Part shown: piece after piece, positions 9,306-18,482 of the stretch
How the letters are laid out: every line of letters begins with the position of its first letter
How positions within the stretch are numbered: position 1 is the first letter of the stretch
Assembly: GCA_024695105.1 (NCBI GenBank)
Contig: JAILIV010000046.1
Span: forward strand, 1 to 51,397
From: Bacilli bacterium
Lineage (GTDB): Bacteria; Bacillota_I; Bacilli_A; RFN20; CAG-826
Length of the DNA stretch: 51,397 bases
Direction of reading: 5' to 3'
The notes under the pieces: model-generated
Databases searched by the model: none
Seen by the model: only the letters and a program-made list of their open reading frames with translations
Told to the model about the DNA's origin: nothing
Translations under genes and position numbers: made by a program

Positions 9306-11381
9306 ATGAGAATCAACGATCTACCAAAGCCCTCTCCTAAAGTCCCCTATATCCCTTTGCCATCCTTGGAAGGGCAAATCCAAGAAGCGCTGCAAGATCA
9401 GAAGCGCCCCATTCTTTTTTATTGCCCCAAGCCCATCGGGAAATCCACCGTGGCCCGGGAAATGGTGTCGCGCCTCAAGGAAGACAAGATCATCATCGAA
9501 TTCACCCCCTCTTCCGCTTCCGCCCCATTAGGTTTTCTCTACGACCAAATCCACGATGGCCTAGAGGCGCTTGGGTATGAACTTCCCCTGCCGGAAGGGT
9601 TATCCGCGCCCACTAGCTTCGAGACCAAGGCCCAGCGAAACCTTGGGATCCTGAACCAACAACTTGAAGCGCTGCAACTATCACGCCCTTTGACGATCCT
9701 GATCAACGACATCAACCTGCCCTTTGACCAGGATTATTCCCGCACGTTTTTATACAATTTCCTCTTCCATTTCCGCAAAATGCCCGCGAATCTGCGCGTT
9801 TTGATGACGACGAATAGCAAAATGCAGGCCGAACGTTACCCCTTCTTTGAAGTCATTAACCTCAAGGAACGGGATAACCCCAAAGCCTTCTTCGAATCCT
9901 ATTTGTCCCATTTCGGCCGTGACGTCGATCAAGAGGCTTTGCTCCAAGCCAACCCTGGGCTTGGCGTCATCGACTACAAATGGATCGCGGAGCATTTGAT
10001 CCACTTCGTCTCCCCGATGGCGTATTTGCCGACGTTCCGTCAGATGCTTGGGCTAAGGCAAACCTACGACATCCTCTACTACACGCTCAACCACATCATG
10101 CATTCCCTGCCGGGCAAGGCCCAAGCGCTCTTCGCGCAAGCATTGCTTGACCTTTTGGCCTTCCCCCTTGGGCTAAGCCCCGAGCAAATCGTTTACGCCG
10201 ATCGGGCGATGCTCAAGAAGGAGAGCGCGTATTTGGAAGACTATTGCCCACTAGACGAAGAAACGGAAACAAGGCTGCTTAACGCGTTGTTATTCTTCGC
10301 CTCGGTGGACAATGGGCGGCTTTGCCTTACCGACACCACGGTCCGCGCGTTCGTGGTTTCGGTGCAAAAGGCATTGCTTACCGTCTTAGAAGACGCCTAC
10401 CCCTCCCGCCTAGAAGACGCGGTCAACCACCTTTATCTCAAAGTGGAGACCGTTGAAACCCATGGCATGAAACTCGGGAAGGAGCGTTACCTAGAAGTAC
10501 GCAAGGAAGACGATAAAGATGCCAATCCCGAATTCTTCCTTTGGCGCGACCTGCTATGCCTACGTTTGTCCTGGGTCATTTCCTCTTTTTCCAAGGAAGT
10601 TGAGAATAACGCCTACTTTAGTTCCGAAGACATGCAGCCTGGGGATGCGCTGAAGATCGCGTTCATCGACCACGCGACCGCGTTTTTCGCCCAAAGCCAC
10701 AAGCACGGGTTCCTCGACGACATGCTCTGCGACAAGTGGCTCATGTACTTCGTGGGGTCGAAATCCCACCGCTTGGCCAACGCCATCCTCCAAGGGCTCA
10801 TCGATTCATGGAAATGGCTGCTCACCAAAACCTATGGCCAAGCCAGCCCCTCCAGCATCGCCACAAGCCTTAGCCTCCCCCTTAGCCACCTCACCCAAAA
10901 GGAAAGCCATGGTGGAATCGAAGACATCCGCATCGAGTTGCTCTTGTTCCTTAGCAGGACGATGCGTAAAGAACGCGTCATGGAAAACGGCGCCTACAAA
11001 GAGTTCATTGACGACATGCTCGGTGAAAAGGAAATCGGGCCGATGGACTCCTTCTTCCTCACCTGCTGCAATAGCAAGGTCGTGCAACAGCTTTCCTTGC
11101 TCGAGCGCGACCTGAACCATGGGCCTTTGGAAGAGGATTTACGCAAGAGATTGGTCTCTTTCGCCACGGCCTATTCGAAATTCGCCGACCCCTTCGACAA
11201 GATTGGCTGCGCTTATCTAGGCTTACGGACCTACGCCTACATGAACGAAAAGGGCTACATCACCGACAAAGAGAAAGCCTCGATGCCACCGTTCGTCGAT
11301 GAGCTTTTCATCGTGATGGCCCAGTGCTTCTTCCCCGAGGCGCATGAGCGCTTCGGCGAATTACTCCAAACGATTGGGTAA
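9306..11381 (+). CDS. Hypothetical protein with degenerate STAND/NACHT-like P-loop NTPase domain
   Basis: Walker A-like ILFYCPKPIGKST, Walker B-like LTILIND, sensor-like LRVLMTTN, then ANPGL and GLSPEQI, followed by a helical C-terminus. RBS AAGGA. Confidence 0.55.
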   Translation: MRINDLPKPSPKVPYIPLPSLEGQIQEALQDQKRPILFYCPKPIGKSTVAREMVSRLKEDKIIIEFTPSSASAPLGFLYDQIHDGLEALGYELPLPEGLSAPTSFETKAQRNLGILNQQLEALQLSRPLTILINDINLPFDQDYSRTFLYNFLFHFRKMPANLRVLMTTNSKMQAERYPFFEVINLKERDNPKAFFESYLSHFGRDVDQEALLQANPGLGVIDYKWIAEHLIHFVSPMAYLPTFRQMLGLRQTYDILYYTLNHIMHSLPGKAQALFAQALLDLLAFPLGLSPEQIVYADRAMLKKESAYLEDYCPLDEETETRLLNALLFFASVDNGRLCLTDTTVRAFVVSVQKALLTVLEDAYPSRLEDAVNHLYLKVETVETHGMKLGKERYLEVRKEDDKDANPEFFLWRDLLCLRLSWVISSFSKEVENNAYFSSEDMQPGDALKIAFIDHATAFFAQSHKHGFLDDMLCDKWLMYFVGSKSHRLANAILQGLIDSWKWLLTKTYGQASPSSIATSLSLPLSHLTQKESHGGIEDIRIELLLFLSRTMRKERVMENGAYKEFIDDMLGEKEIGPMDSFFLTCCNSKVVQQLSLLERDLNHGPLEEDLRKRLVSFATAYSKFADPFDKIGCAYLGLRTYAYMNEKGYITDKEKASMPPFVDELFIVMAQCFFPEAHERFGELLQTIG

Positions 11382-11384
11382 GGC

Positions 11385-12686
11385 TTATTGCATCTGGATT
11401 TCGCCTGCCTTGGATAAGGCGAATTTGCTTACGACCGGCCCCACGAGCTCATAGACCAGCGTAGAAGTCAAAACGATGGCGATGATCAGTGCACCCGCGC
11501 GCTGTACTTCTTCGTTGGGACTGGCCCCAAACAACGTGCTTGCGGTGGTCGCCAAACCAATGGCCACACCCGCCTGAGGGATTAGGGCGAAGCCAAGGTA
11601 CCTTTTGATTTTGGGTTCGCATCGGGAAATCGACGCGCCCGTAAAGGCCCCGCCCCACTTGCCGATGACGCGGAAGACGATGTAGGTGAGGCCAACCAAA
11701 AGCACCAACGGACCTGAGCCATTGAAGAACACCCTCAAATCCAAGGAAGCGCCCGAGATGACGAAGAACATCAAATAGATGGGGGACGTGAAGCGATCCA
11801 TGACGTCGAGCGTCTTCCCCGAGTCCTTGCGCATGTTCGCGTAAAACGCCCCGATCATCATGCACATTAGCAACGAGCTTAATTCAAACCCGCCCATCCA
11901 CGGGGCCTTGAAAAGATAATAGACGCCACACGCGGCGAACACGGCAAACACGCATAGGATGAGGCGGTTGTTCCGCGACTTAAACCACATGTTCAGCAAA
12001 CTGATCAACAAGCCAAACACCGCGCCGATCCCAAGGGACAACACGATTTCGATCAAGGGTTTGAACACCATTCGATAAACGTCGAATTGCCCATTCCCTG
12101 AGGCGATCGTTGAGGCGATTTGGAACAATATCGCGAACAGGATCAACGCGCTTGCGTCGTCTAACGCCACGACGGGCAAAAGCGTATCCACCAATGGGCC
12201 ACGGGCATTGTATTGCTTGATGACCATAAGCGTCGCCGCCGGGGCGGTCGCGGCCGCGATGGCGGAAAGGGTGAGAACGATTTCCCAGGTCACCTGGTCC
12301 GAGGAAATGAAGTGCGCCACGATCAAAGCGCCCAAGACGGCCAGCGAGGCAAACAGGGATTCAAACACCGTAATGGTGATGACCTTCTTTCCCACTGCCT
12401 TCAAGGTTGGAATACGAAAGGAGGTGCCGATGGAGAAAGCGATGAAGCCCAAGGCGATGGTGCTCACCCACTTGATCCGGTCCACGAACTGGAAAACCGG
12501 GCTCGCCTCGATTCCCTCAAACGAAAAACCATTGAAGAAAAGACCGAAGGCGAAAGGGCCCATCAAGATGCCAGTGATGATATACCCCGTGACGTTGGGG
12601 AGCTTCAAAACCCGCATCAACCGCGTCGATAGAAGCGCGACAAGCAAAAGCAAGGCGATATAGCCAAATATGTGCACGTATTCCAT
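11385..12686 (-). CDS. Cation:proton antiporter (CPA2 / Na_H_Exchanger family)
   Basis: LPNVTGYIITGILMGP, ATAPAAT, VALDD, FFVISGA, PQAGVAIGLA; about 12-13 TM segments. Start taken at ATG 12686, just after the upstream stop. Confidence 0.85.
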   Translation of the reverse strand: MEYVHIFGYIALLLLVALLSTRLMRVLKLPNVTGYIITGILMGPFAFGLFFNGFSFEGIEASPVFQFVDRIKWVSTIALGFIAFSIGTSFRIPTLKAVGKKVITITVFESLFASLAVLGALIVAHFISSDQVTWEIVLTLSAIAAATAPAATLMVIKQYNARGPLVDTLLPVVALDDASALILFAILFQIASTIASGNGQFDVYRMVFKPLIEIVLSLGIGAVFGLLISLLNMWFKSRNNRLILCVFAVFAACGVYYLFKAPWMGGFELSSLLMCMMIGAFYANMRKDSGKTLDVMDRFTSPIYLMFFVISGASLDLRVFFNGSGPLVLLVGLTYIVFRVIGKWGGAFTGASISRCEPKIKRYLGFALIPQAGVAIGLATTASTLFGASPNEEVQRAGALIIAIVLTSTLVYELVGPVVSKFALSKAGEIQMQ

Positions 12687-12690
12687 AAAA

Positions 12691-13020
12691 TCAAACGGAG
12701 CCTTCGAAGTCGTCAATCGGTCGAGAGTACATGAACCCTTTGATGTCTCTGAATCCGTTGGTGTACCTGCGGATCACGTCTTTCAAGGTATCCAGCCGTT
12801 CCTCATCAATAACGAAAAGGCACAACACGCTTTCCATGTTCGCGCGATTCTCAAATTGGCGTAGGTTGAAGAAATGATGGTCGCCCGGATAATAGTCCAC
12901 CGCATGGCGGAGCGATTCGGTGCTGATGACGGTGGCGTTAAAGCCCTCGGTCTTCAATTCTTCCAAAGTTTCCGAGGCTTTCGTGGAGCCTTCTAGTACA
13001 AGCGTTAGTTCTCTTTTCAT
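12691..13020 (-). CDS. P-II-like small regulatory protein
   Basis: 109 aa, RBS GGGGGAG; P-II-like pattern (LTLVL...LEELKTEGFNATVIST...GFMYSRPI); abuts the antiporter gene. Confidence 0.55.
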   Translation of the reverse strand: MKRELTLVLEGSTKASETLEELKTEGFNATVISTESLRHAVDYYPGDHHFFNLRQFENRANMESVLCLFVIDEERLDTLKDVIRRYTNGFRDIKGFMYSRPIDDFEGSV

Positions 13021-13083
13021 GGTCTCCCCCCTTCTGGCGGAGTCTATTGTAGACCCATATTTTCCTTCTGGCGCATGAAGCGC

Positions 13084-13872
13084 CTACGATTGGACCTCCA
13101 GGTCTTCGCTTCCCTGACCGTCTTGCTTCCGCCATAAGAAGAATAAGGTGACGCCATAGATCGCGGCCAATAAGGCGAAGACAAGATTGCTTACCCAAAT
13201 GGCGGTGCCACCACTACCCACATAGCAGGCGCGGAAGGTGTCCCCCTCCAGCCAGTTAAACAAGAAATGGAAGGCGATCGGAAGGATAAGCCCTCCCCCA
13301 TAGCCCCACATGAAGCCTGCGATGAGCCCTATGCCCGTGCTATAGGCCACCTGCAAGAACACGGAGGCGACGTCCGCCCCAGAGAATAGGTTCAGCAAAT
13401 GGAGCACGCCAAAGATGACGGAAGATAGCAACAATGCGATTTCCTTTTTCATCTTGTGGGACAAATAAGACATCAGCAGAAAACGGAACAACGTCTCTTC
13501 CAAGATGGCCACGAGCAAAGAAGAGAAACTCGATAAAACAAATAGCTCGGTTGGAACGCTTATCTCCATGATCGCCCCTTCGGCCCAACCACCAATCAAG
13601 TTGGAGAATGGAATCAGGAAAAACGGGGCGAACAAGAAGGCACGAGGCAAAACCTTCCACATCGAGGAAAAGGGCGCGCGGTACCACCACAATACGAAGA
13701 AGACGATAACGGCAAAGACCAAACGGACCCCTAAGGTAATCGCCGCCACCGGGACATCACCCGCGATGAACCGCGCCCACGGGATCTGCTCCAAAGCGAG
13801 GTAGACCAAAAGAAGGACCAACGTCAGGTAGCCTTCGTTATGCGCGTAATCTTTCTTACTCTTCGCTTCCAT
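13084..13872 (-). CDS. CPBP (CAAX/Abi) family intramembrane metalloprotease
   Basis: EETLFR, FGVLH and HFLFN motifs within TM helices. Confidence 0.88.
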   Translation of the reverse strand: MEAKSKKDYAHNEGYLTLVLLLVYLALEQIPWARFIAGDVPVAAITLGVRLVFAVIVFFVLWWYRAPFSSMWKVLPRAFLFAPFFLIPFSNLIGGWAEGAIMEISVPTELFVLSSFSSLLVAILEETLFRFLLMSYLSHKMKKEIALLLSSVIFGVLHLLNLFSGADVASVFLQVAYSTGIGLIAGFMWGYGGGLILPIAFHFLFNWLEGDTFRACYVGSGGTAIWVSNLVFALLAAIYGVTLFFLWRKQDGQGSEDLEVQS

Positions 13873-14617
13873 AGGTTAACGCCCGTTTCCTGCGTATGAG
13901 GAAAAAGATCAATAGGCCTACCCCACCCACGAAAAGCAAAATGGACCAGAATTGGCTTGGGGTTAGCCCAGGGATCCATGCGCCACGATGGTCGTCGCGG
14001 AAGAACTCGATGGCAAAGCGGAAGGCGCCATAGGCCATCATGTAGGTCGAAACGGAAAAGTCGCTGTCATAACGAAACGCTAAGAACAGGAAGAGGCCAA
14101 AAAGGACGAATAAGAACATCGCCTCGAAAAGGTTCGTGGGAATCACCTTGGTGGCAGTTGTCGCAAACTGCACCCCATACCACGCATCCGTGGGCTTGCC
14201 ATAACAGCAGCCCTCCAAGAAACAGCCGATGCGGCCAAGCGCATGGGCGCCGCAAATACAGGCGGGAAATATACGAAGCACCAGCCAGATAGACCCAGGG
14301 TATTTTTTGCGCGAATAAAGGAAATACGTCAGCAAGAAGCCCCCCGCCCCAAATAAAGCTCCGCCATAAAACGTCAGCGACCAACTCCACGTAAAAGAAG
14401 CGGGATTCTCCACGAAATTGTAGAGGTTTTGCATTAAATATGCCCCAGCAATTCCTAAAATCAAGGCGATGCCAACGCACAGCTCCAAATAGAAGATTCG
14501 GCGATTTTCGCGGAGGTGGATTCGGAAATATATCTCAAATACCGCGACCGCTAAAGCCACGCCTAAAAACAGCATTAAGGAATAGGAATCGATGAAGCCA
14601 AATAGACGTGGGGCCAT
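13856..14617 (-). CDS. lgt: Prolipoprotein diacylglyceryl transferase family protein
   Basis: LTFYGG, GRIGCFLEGCCYGK, PTNLFE, RFAIEFFRDD, SQ motifs; start at ATG 14617 behind GGAG. Confidence 0.85.
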   Translation of the reverse strand: MAPRLFGFIDSYSLMLFLGVALAVAVFEIYFRIHLRENRRIFYLELCVGIALILGIAGAYLMQNLYNFVENPASFTWSWSLTFYGGALFGAGGFLLTYFLYSRKKYPGSIWLVLRIFPACICGAHALGRIGCFLEGCCYGKPTDAWYGVQFATTATKVIPTNLFEAMFLFVLFGLFLFLAFRYDSDFSVSTYMMAYGAFRFAIEFFRDDHRGAWIPGLTPSQFWSILLFVGGVGLLIFFLIRRKRALTYGSEE

Positions 14618-15068
14618 GCTATTCTCCAAGCGACGTACGCGCCTTCCGCATGTAATTATTCAATGCCAAAAACATGGTTTTGTCATCTTTTGCACCCTGC
14701 TAAAACGCAAGATATGAAAAAGAATCTGCAAAAGCTTACAAGTTCGTTGCCCCGTATTTGACCAAAAATCTCTTGGGCTAAGGACTTCGGGTCTCCTCAA
14801 ATCAAGAGCATGAAAATCCGAATCCCCCCGTGAGAATAACGTCCGCTTTTTCTTTCTCGTCTGTCAAAAGAATCGGTTCGTCTTTGGGATCTCGCCTCCT
14901 GCCCATGCCACCGTCGGCCATTTCCACTGTTATGACCATTTCACAGGGGATGGAGTCAAGGAATCTTTGAGAGCGACACCAAACGAGGGAAGCTTCTTTT
15001 GCACGACCCTTTGCTTTCTCAATAACATAGGTTGATAGCACGGGTTGATGAGATTGACGCACGCAATG

Positions 15069-15099
15069 AAAACCCCGCCTCCCTCTTAAGGAAACGGGG
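15069..15099 (-). terminator. Intrinsic terminator after tRNA-Leu
   Basis: Minus strand CCCCGTTTCC / GGAGGCGGGG stem then TTTT. Confidence 0.65.
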
Positions 15100-15110
15100 C
15101 GTGCCATCAA

Positions 15111-15195
15111 TGGTGCGGACAACAGGACTCGAACCTGCACGCTGTGAGGCAATAGATCCTAAGTCTATCGCGTATACCAATTTCGCCATGTCCGC
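15111..15195 (-). tRNA. tRNA-Leu(UAG)
   Basis: GCGGACA acceptor stem, anticodon arm ATAGA-CTTAGGA-TCTAT, long variable arm, GGTTCGAGTCC T-arm, encoded CCA. Confidence 0.95.
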
Positions 15196-15254
15196 GAATC
15201 TTCGCTTTCACGAAGCGGCTTAAGGATACACCGAAGCAAGAAGAATCCCAACGA

Positions 15255-15791
15255 TTAAACGTCGGAATAGAGCTTTTTCATCATCTCGGGGCCGATAAGA
15301 CGTTCCATGGTAGACAGGAAAACGCGTTTATCCACTTCCTTCGTACCGCAAACTTGCATCTGGTACATCACTTCGAATTCCTTGATGTGGATACCGTTGT
15401 GGTGAAAGCCGTTCCGTTCATAGAAATACACGCGGCGTAAGCGCAGCGGGTTGTCTTCGTATTCTTCCCCTACTTCGTCCGCCAGAAGGAAGAGAGTCTT
15501 GTCCGCGTATTTCTTTTTCAAATCAGAAAGGATTTGGGCCCCAATGCCTTGATTCCGCTTTTCTTCCTTTACGGCAAGAAAGAACACGTAAAGATAATCC
15601 TGATATTCGACCAAATCCGCCAACGCGACGAATTCGCCGTCATGGTATATCCCGTTAAACGAAGAATTCTTCCACGAAATGGCCAGATCAAACGGTGGGC
15701 GTTCTTCCGGTGGGAAGGCGGTTTCGAAAAGAAAGCAAACCTCGTCTAAGCCAGGGCTATGCTCATCTAATACCCGATACTCTAGTTCCAT
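15255..15791 (-). CDS. GNAT-family N-acetyltransferase
   Basis: Acetyl-CoA motif FLAVKEEKRNQGIG and FYERNGF. Confidence 0.88.
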   Translation of the reverse strand: MELEYRVLDEHSPGLDEVCFLFETAFPPEERPPFDLAISWKNSSFNGIYHDGEFVALADLVEYQDYLYVFFLAVKEEKRNQGIGAQILSDLKKKYADKTLFLLADEVGEEYEDNPLRLRRVYFYERNGFHHNGIHIKEFEVMYQMQVCGTKEVDKRVFLSTMERLIGPEMMKKLYSDV

Positions 15792-15818
15792 TTCGCCTTA
15801 CCTTACTCCCCCTTAAAC

Positions 15819-15862
15819 AAAAAGAAAACGCCTCTACAGGCCAATGTCCGCAAGGCGTCTTC
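15819..15862 (-). terminator. Intrinsic terminator after the 45-aa ORF
   Basis: Minus strand GAAGACGCCT...AGGCGTTTTC followed by TTTTT. Confidence 0.6.
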
Positions 15863-16000
15863 TTAGCTATACAGGAAGTTGCCTGAATTGCCGTATTCCC
15901 ATGCGTTGAGTTCCGCGCATTCCACGAGTTCGTCGACGAATCGTTCCAGTCTGCTTTCTTTTTCGTGGAACTCTTCCGACGATGTTTCTTTTTCCTTCAT
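15863..16000 (-). CDS. Small acidic protein, 45 aa (MKEKETSSEEFHEKESRLERFVDELVECAELNAWEYGNSGNFLYS)
   Basis: Below the ORF-track cutoff; strong RBS AAGGAGGAG 4 nt upstream of ATG; terminator directly after the stop. Confidence 0.7.
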   Translation of the reverse strand: MKEKETSSEEFHEKESRLERFVDELVECAELNAWEYGNSGNFLYS

Positions 16001-16082
16001 TTGTCTCCTCCTTTCGCTGGAAAGCAGGAGACTATAGACCTAAAAGAAAACGTTTCAAGGGAATGGGCCTTGAAAGCGCTTA

Positions 16083-17354
16083 CTAAGCTTTCTTTTTCTT
16101 CTTTAGTTCCGCTAAGCGGGGGCTACGGCCCTGAGCCTTTAATTGCTCATAAATCTGATGGAGGGCCTTTTCATACGTGGAGGAATCGCTTGGCTGATAA
16201 AACTCCATGTCCGCGAATTCATCGGGAAGGTATTGAATCTTCTCCCAAAGATCGGGACGGTCATAAGGATACTTGTCCTCTTCCTTCAAACTAACGGGCG
16301 TGAGCTTAAGGTAATCCTGAACGTGGAAAGGTTGCTTTGAAGCAAAGTCCATCGCGGCGAAGATGGAATCGTGACCGGACCGAGAGTGAGGCGAAAGGCA
16401 AAGGTCCACCACCGCGTCTCCCAAGGGGATGACCGCCTCGGGAAAGCCTACCTGTTCCGCTGCCTGAATGGCCATTTGGGCGCGGAGCACGGCGTTTGGG
16501 TTGCCTAAGCCAATGTCTTCGTAAGCGGTGACCAGCAATCTCCGTTTGATAGAGTCCAAGTCCCCAGCGATGCATAGGCGGGCTAAGTAATAAAGCGCGG
16601 CGTTTACATCCCGACCTCGAATCGATTTCTGAAGGGCGGAGACGGAGTCGTAATGCTCTTCCTCGTCCTTGTCCATCGCGTAGTTAGGGACGCTGTTGAT
16701 GGATTGGACTTCCTTTAGTCCCACTTCCTCCATCTCCCCAAACTGGACGAAAGACTCTTCCAAGATGTTCAAGGCAAAACGAAGATCCCCGCCAGAGAGC
16801 TTTGCGATGAACTTTAACGCCTCATCGGAAAAGCGCGCTTTGCCATCCAAACCCTTAGGGGAAGCGATGGCCCGCTTGAGCCCTTCGACGACTTCTTCCT
16901 GGCTTAACGGAAGTACCTCAAGGATCTTGCAACGCGAACGAATCGCGCGGTTTAGGGATACATAAGGATTCGCCGTGGTCGCCCCGATAAGAGTGAACGT
17001 CCCGTTCTCCACATAAGGCAAAAGGTAGTCCTGTTTGGTCTTATCCAGACGGTGTACTTCATCCATGATCAGAATGCAGGGTTTCCATATCTTGGCCTCA
17101 TCCGCGGCAAGCTCCAAATCCTTCTTGGAGGCGGTAACGGCATTAAGCGAAATGAAGTGGACGCCAAGAGATTGGGCATAGGCTTCCGCGATAGTCGTTT
17201 TGCCCGTTCCGGGTGGCCCAAAGAAAATCATCGAAAAGGGAGCTTTCTTCTCCACGGACTTCAGCAAGAAGGACCCCGGAGAGAGAAGATGCTTCTGCCC
17301 AATAACCTCATCCAGAGACTTTGGACGGACCGCGAACGCAAGGGGAGATCTCAT
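16083..17354 (-). CDS. rarA: Replication-associated recombination protein A (RarA/MgsA)
   Basis: PLAFAVRPKSLDEVIGQKHL, GPPGTGKTT, DEVHR, GATTANP, GDLR, HYDSVSALQKSIRG, EDIGL; start set at MRSPLA (17354). Confidence 0.93.
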   Translation of the reverse strand: MRSPLAFAVRPKSLDEVIGQKHLLSPGSFLLKSVEKKAPFSMIFFGPPGTGKTTIAEAYAQSLGVHFISLNAVTASKKDLELAADEAKIWKPCILIMDEVHRLDKTKQDYLLPYVENGTFTLIGATTANPYVSLNRAIRSRCKILEVLPLSQEEVVEGLKRAIASPKGLDGKARFSDEALKFIAKLSGGDLRFALNILEESFVQFGEMEEVGLKEVQSINSVPNYAMDKDEEEHYDSVSALQKSIRGRDVNAALYYLARLCIAGDLDSIKRRLLVTAYEDIGLGNPNAVLRAQMAIQAAEQVGFPEAVIPLGDAVVDLCLSPHSRSGHDSIFAAMDFASKQPFHVQDYLKLTPVSLKEEDKYPYDRPDLWEKIQYLPDEFADMEFYQPSDSSTYEKALHQIYEQLKAQGRSPRLAELKKKKKA

Positions 17355-17777
17355 GCCAATAATGCTAAATGAAGGCGTGCGCGCGAGCAAGGAATAGGCA
17401 TTCGGAACCACTCCAAAAATGAATGGGAATTTTGTCAATGAAAAACAAACTAGAAATCTCCAGATGCGAAGGCGAACCATATGGACGAACATCGAAGGTC
17501 TAAAAGCTAAAACAGGAAACCCCCAAAGCGTCATCACCTTGCACGATAGAAAGCATTCAAAGGAAAAAAACCAAGATGTCCGAAACGATGGGAAAGGCAT
17601 TAATCCGGAAAGCTTTGGAAAAGATTCAATCGGGGTTGAATGATTTTTAATTGACGAAATTTAAGCAAATTATTCTCACCGCTTATCGCTAGGGGTTTGA
17701 ACGCACTCCTAACGGGCTAAACCAATTGATCCGTAAATCTCTCCCAAAGACATCAGAGCAAATTCGCGCTTCAAAAC

Positions 17778-17797
17778 ATAAGTACGTTTTTCGTACT
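17778..17797. promoter_or_regulatory. Palindromic operator-like site, copy 1
   Basis: ATAAGTACGTTTTTCGTACT, identical to 17922-17941; core AGTACG-N5-CGTACT. Confidence 0.7.
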
Positions 17798-17918
17798 TTA
17801 TATTGATGTACTACCCCCTCTATATATGCAAATATCGCCCACTTTAGATCATTTATGATATGCCGATATATTCGAAATAATACGATGATATCTAGCGTTA
17901 AAGCCTGTCTCGCCAATC

Positions 17919-17946
17919 TTGATAAGTACGTTTTTCGTACTATAAT
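17919..17946 (+). promoter_or_regulatory. Sigma70-type promoter with operator copy 2 in its spacer
   Basis: TTGATA (17919-17924), 16 nt, TATAAT (17941-17946); the palindrome occupies the spacer. Confidence 0.75.
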
Positions 17947-17955
17947 ATCTTAGGT

Positions 17956-18072
17956 CCATTTTTGGGCCTATCCCCCTTCTGACCCAATTCGCGAGGTGAG
18001 CGAAAGGCCACGTTACAAACAATGGAAAGAAGCCTTTGCGCGGAGTAGCGAACTTGAGGGGATGGCAAATGG
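17956..18072 (+). ncRNA. Candidate structured RNA (long irregular hairpin) in the HxlR leader
   Basis: Nested pairings CCATTT/AAATGG, GCC/GGC, ATCCCC/GGGGAT, TTCGC/GCGAA, GCG-AAAGGC/GCCTTT-g-CGC. Family not recognised. Confidence 0.35.
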
Positions 18073-18098
18073 TATCTTGGGTTTAGGAGTGACAAATT

Positions 18099-18482
18099 AT
18101 GGAAAAGAGAATGTCCTATGAAGAATTCCTGTGGAGGGTCCGCGATGGCATTGTGGACGACGCAGGGAAATCCCCCGTCATCCCCGTTTTAAAGCTGTTC
18201 CAAGTCCGTTGGAGGAGTGAAGTCGTTTATTACCTTTTCACCTCGGACTCCGCCCGGTTCAATGAGATTAAGTTCAATCTCCAGGGCATCACTTCCACTA
18301 TGCTTTCCGCTACGTTGAAGGATCTAATCGAACTAGGTATCGTTCGCCGTCTTAACGTCAAAGAACCTACGCCCCATGCGGAATATTCGCTTACTGAAAT
18401 GGGCAACGACCTCCTTCCCATCTATTACGAAATCAGCAACTGGGGCTTCCAGTACCCCTCAGTAGGAAGGGAAGAAAAATAA
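18099..18482 (+). CDS. HxlR (MarR/DUF24) family winged-helix regulator
   Basis: RFNEIK...GITSTMLSATLKDL...GIVRR...EYSLTEMG...WG; RBS AGGAG. Confidence 0.9.
   Translation: MEKRMSYEEFLWRVRDGIVDDAGKSPVIPVLKLFQVRWRSEVVYYLFTSDSARFNEIKFNLQGITSTMLSATLKDLIELGIVRRLNVKEPTPHAEYSLTEMGNDLLPIYYEISNWGFQYPSVGREEK

Noticed and set aside
14640-15152. 116-aa ORF and possible integrated element downstream of tRNA-Leu
   Set aside because: The ORF starts inside the tRNA and crosses its terminator; no integrase or duplicated tRNA 3' end was found.
17355-17600. 82-aa N-terminal extension of RarA given by the ORF track
   Set aside because: Not protein-like; family similarity starts at MRSPLA, which has a -10-like box just upstream.
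17778-17941. CRISPR array or replication origin from the 20-bp repeats
   Set aside because: Only two copies separated by 124 bp, no cas genes and no DnaA boxes seen; an operator fits better.
17956-18072. Naming the hairpin SRP RNA or 6S RNA
   Set aside because: No SRP helix-8 GNRA motif, and too short for typical 6S; left unnamed.
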